In this document: piece by piece, positions 62,539-64,000 of the stretch | Position numbering within the stretch: the first letter of the stretch is position 1 | Layout: each line of letters starts with the position of its first letter | DNA from: Takakia lepidozioides | Taxonomy: Eukaryota > Plantae > Bryophyta | Direction: 5' to 3' | Assembly: GCA_030704615.1 (NCBI GenBank) | Contig: CM060732.1 | Coordinates: 79,670,001 to 79,734,000, forward strand | Length of the DNA: 64,000 nt | Made by a program: the position numbers and the translations under genes | Notes under the pieces: model-generated | Told to the model about the DNA's origin: nothing | The model's database searches: none | The model's input: only the letters and a program-made list of their open reading frames with translations

Positions 62539-63868
62539 TAGTACTGTTGGACTGGTAGAGGCCTGCTTTTATACCAGGCGTCGGGCTTTGCGGACACCAA
62601 ATTTAGTCTTAATTGGAATCTGTTTGTATGTCCATTTCTCTACTCAATTCAGATTATGTGTTGCGGGTGGAATTTAACTAACCTTTTGGTTTCCTTGTCT
62701 CTACCATCCGCGTCCTGTGCAGTTTGAATTAATAAAGCTCTCCAAAGCATTCTTCCAGTTATACAATTGAGCAGGCACAATTGCTTACTATGCAATAAAA
62801 AGCGCCGAAATTGGAAAGAAAATACAAAGCAAAAATTTGGAAAGAAGAAACAGAGCAGTGCTGAGTCACCAAAGGGAAGGCTGCTTCCTACCGGGCCTTC
62901 CTTAACTGGGGAGGAAAGCTCTCAGTACCGTCGACCACTCCCCTGAATTCAGACCTCATTAAAAGCATTTCCATTTTGATAGACCAAATGGAATAATTGG
63001 TACTACTAAGGCGATCAATTTGATACGCCCTTGCTCCAGGAAAAGAGGGAGCAGCCATGGGGAATCTATGTCATTAGACAAGACCTAGCCAATGGCAGAG
63101 CATTTGCTCTTGCCCTTCTAATCCTTAACAACAAATTTCATAACAATTGAATAAGCACATGGTCCGAGGTCGCAAGATGTGACTTACAGTGACCATTTAA
63201 GATAAGCAATCTAGTATCAGGCTCTGATACCATGTTCTAAAATACTAGCACTCAAACATTAGTGTAGAGTGAGTATGATTACTCAATTTTATGTATGTAA
63301 GAATGAGAGAGAAGAAGACAGGACAATGTCTCTTCAACAACTCAACAGTCATACCCTAAAGGGTTGTGACTCTTGATATAGATGTGTCCATTCTATATGG
63401 ATGTTAACTTATATAATCTAAATGTTGAATTACATCCAACAAAGTCTTAATTGGAATCTGTTTGTATGAATCTTAATTGGAATCTGTTTAGTACTGTTGG
63501 ACTGGTAGAGGCCTGCTTTTATACCATGCGTCGGGCTTTGCCCACACCAAATTTAGTCTTAATTGGAATCTGTTTGTATGTCCATTTCTCTACTCAACTC
63601 GGATTATGTGTTGCGGGTGGAATTTAACTAACCTTTTGGTTTCCTTGTCTCTACCATCCGTGTCCTGTGCAGTTTTGATTTAATAAAGCTCTCCAAAGCA
63701 TTCTTCCAGTTACACAATTGAGCAGGCACAATTGCTTACTATGCAATAAAAAGCGAAGAAATTGGAAAGAAAATACAAAGCAAAAATTTGGAAAGAAGAA
63801 ACAGAGCAGTGCTGAGTCACCAAAGGGAAGGCTCCTTCCTACCGGCCTTCCTTAACTCGGGAGGAAAG
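62539..63868 (+). repeat. 380-bp direct duplication (62539-62918 and 63489-63868) bracketing a Copia fragment
   Basis: TAGTACTGTTGGACTGGTAGAGG...GGAGGAAAG is present twice with few differences. Confidence 0.92.
62919..63441 (-). mobile_element. Truncated Copia/Ty1 element: 5' LTR + PBS(iMet) + gag start
   Basis: Minus-strand LTR TGTTGG...AGAACA (63441-63233), then PBS TGGTATCAGAGC (63232-63221). ATG at 63058 gives MAAPSFPGARAYQIDRLSSTNYSIWSIKMEMLLMRSEFRGVVDGTE, a Copia gag N-terminus. Confidence 0.85.
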
Positions 63869-64000
63869 TGCCCTCAATCCAAGGAAGGCTCGTGGTGGGA
63901 AGATCTCACTGCCTTTGTTGACCAGTCGAAGCACTCAGACTTAGTGTTTGGTCGTTTATTCATCACCCAATCTTGGCCTTGTTTGCAGCTGGCAAGGATC

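Noticed and set aside
1-64000. tRNA, rRNA or other structured ncRNA genes
   Set aside because: None recognisable by eye. The only tRNA-related sequences are the two primer-binding sites.

Overview
Intron-rich land-plant DNA, probably from a lineage with flagellated sperm (it has a kinesin-9 gene). There are four host genes: the 3' part of an inositol polyphosphate 5-phosphatase (+), a JJJ1/DNAJC21 J-protein (-), a kinesin-9 (+) and eIF2-gamma (+). Between the kinesin and eIF2-gamma lies a ~30 kb, four-level nest of mobile DNA. A non-coding Helitron-like repeat is interrupted by a Gypsy LTR retrotransposon (28548-57009, TSD GGAG, dUTPase-like domain). Its 5' LTR is interrupted by Mutator-like element A (28874-49385, 9-bp TSD GATGAAACT). 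A's transposase is interrupted by a related, inverted element B (37106-46485, 9-bp TSD TTGTTCAAG). The main candidate novel system is that A and B each carry a spliced gene for a ParB/Srx-like domain plus a permuted (beta-class) N4-C/N6-A DNA methyltransferase-like domain, arranged divergently from the transposase. In both elements the same two introns hold regular arrays of 22-24 bp palindromes with a shared CGTYRACG core but family-specific arms (CAACCTTG vs TGAATGT). This suggests a transposon-encoded self-recognition or epigenetic-marking module; the function is inferred, not shown. A truncated Copia fragment flanked by a 380-bp duplication lies after eIF2-gamma. All alignments, counts and splice sites were read by eye; no database searches were run.
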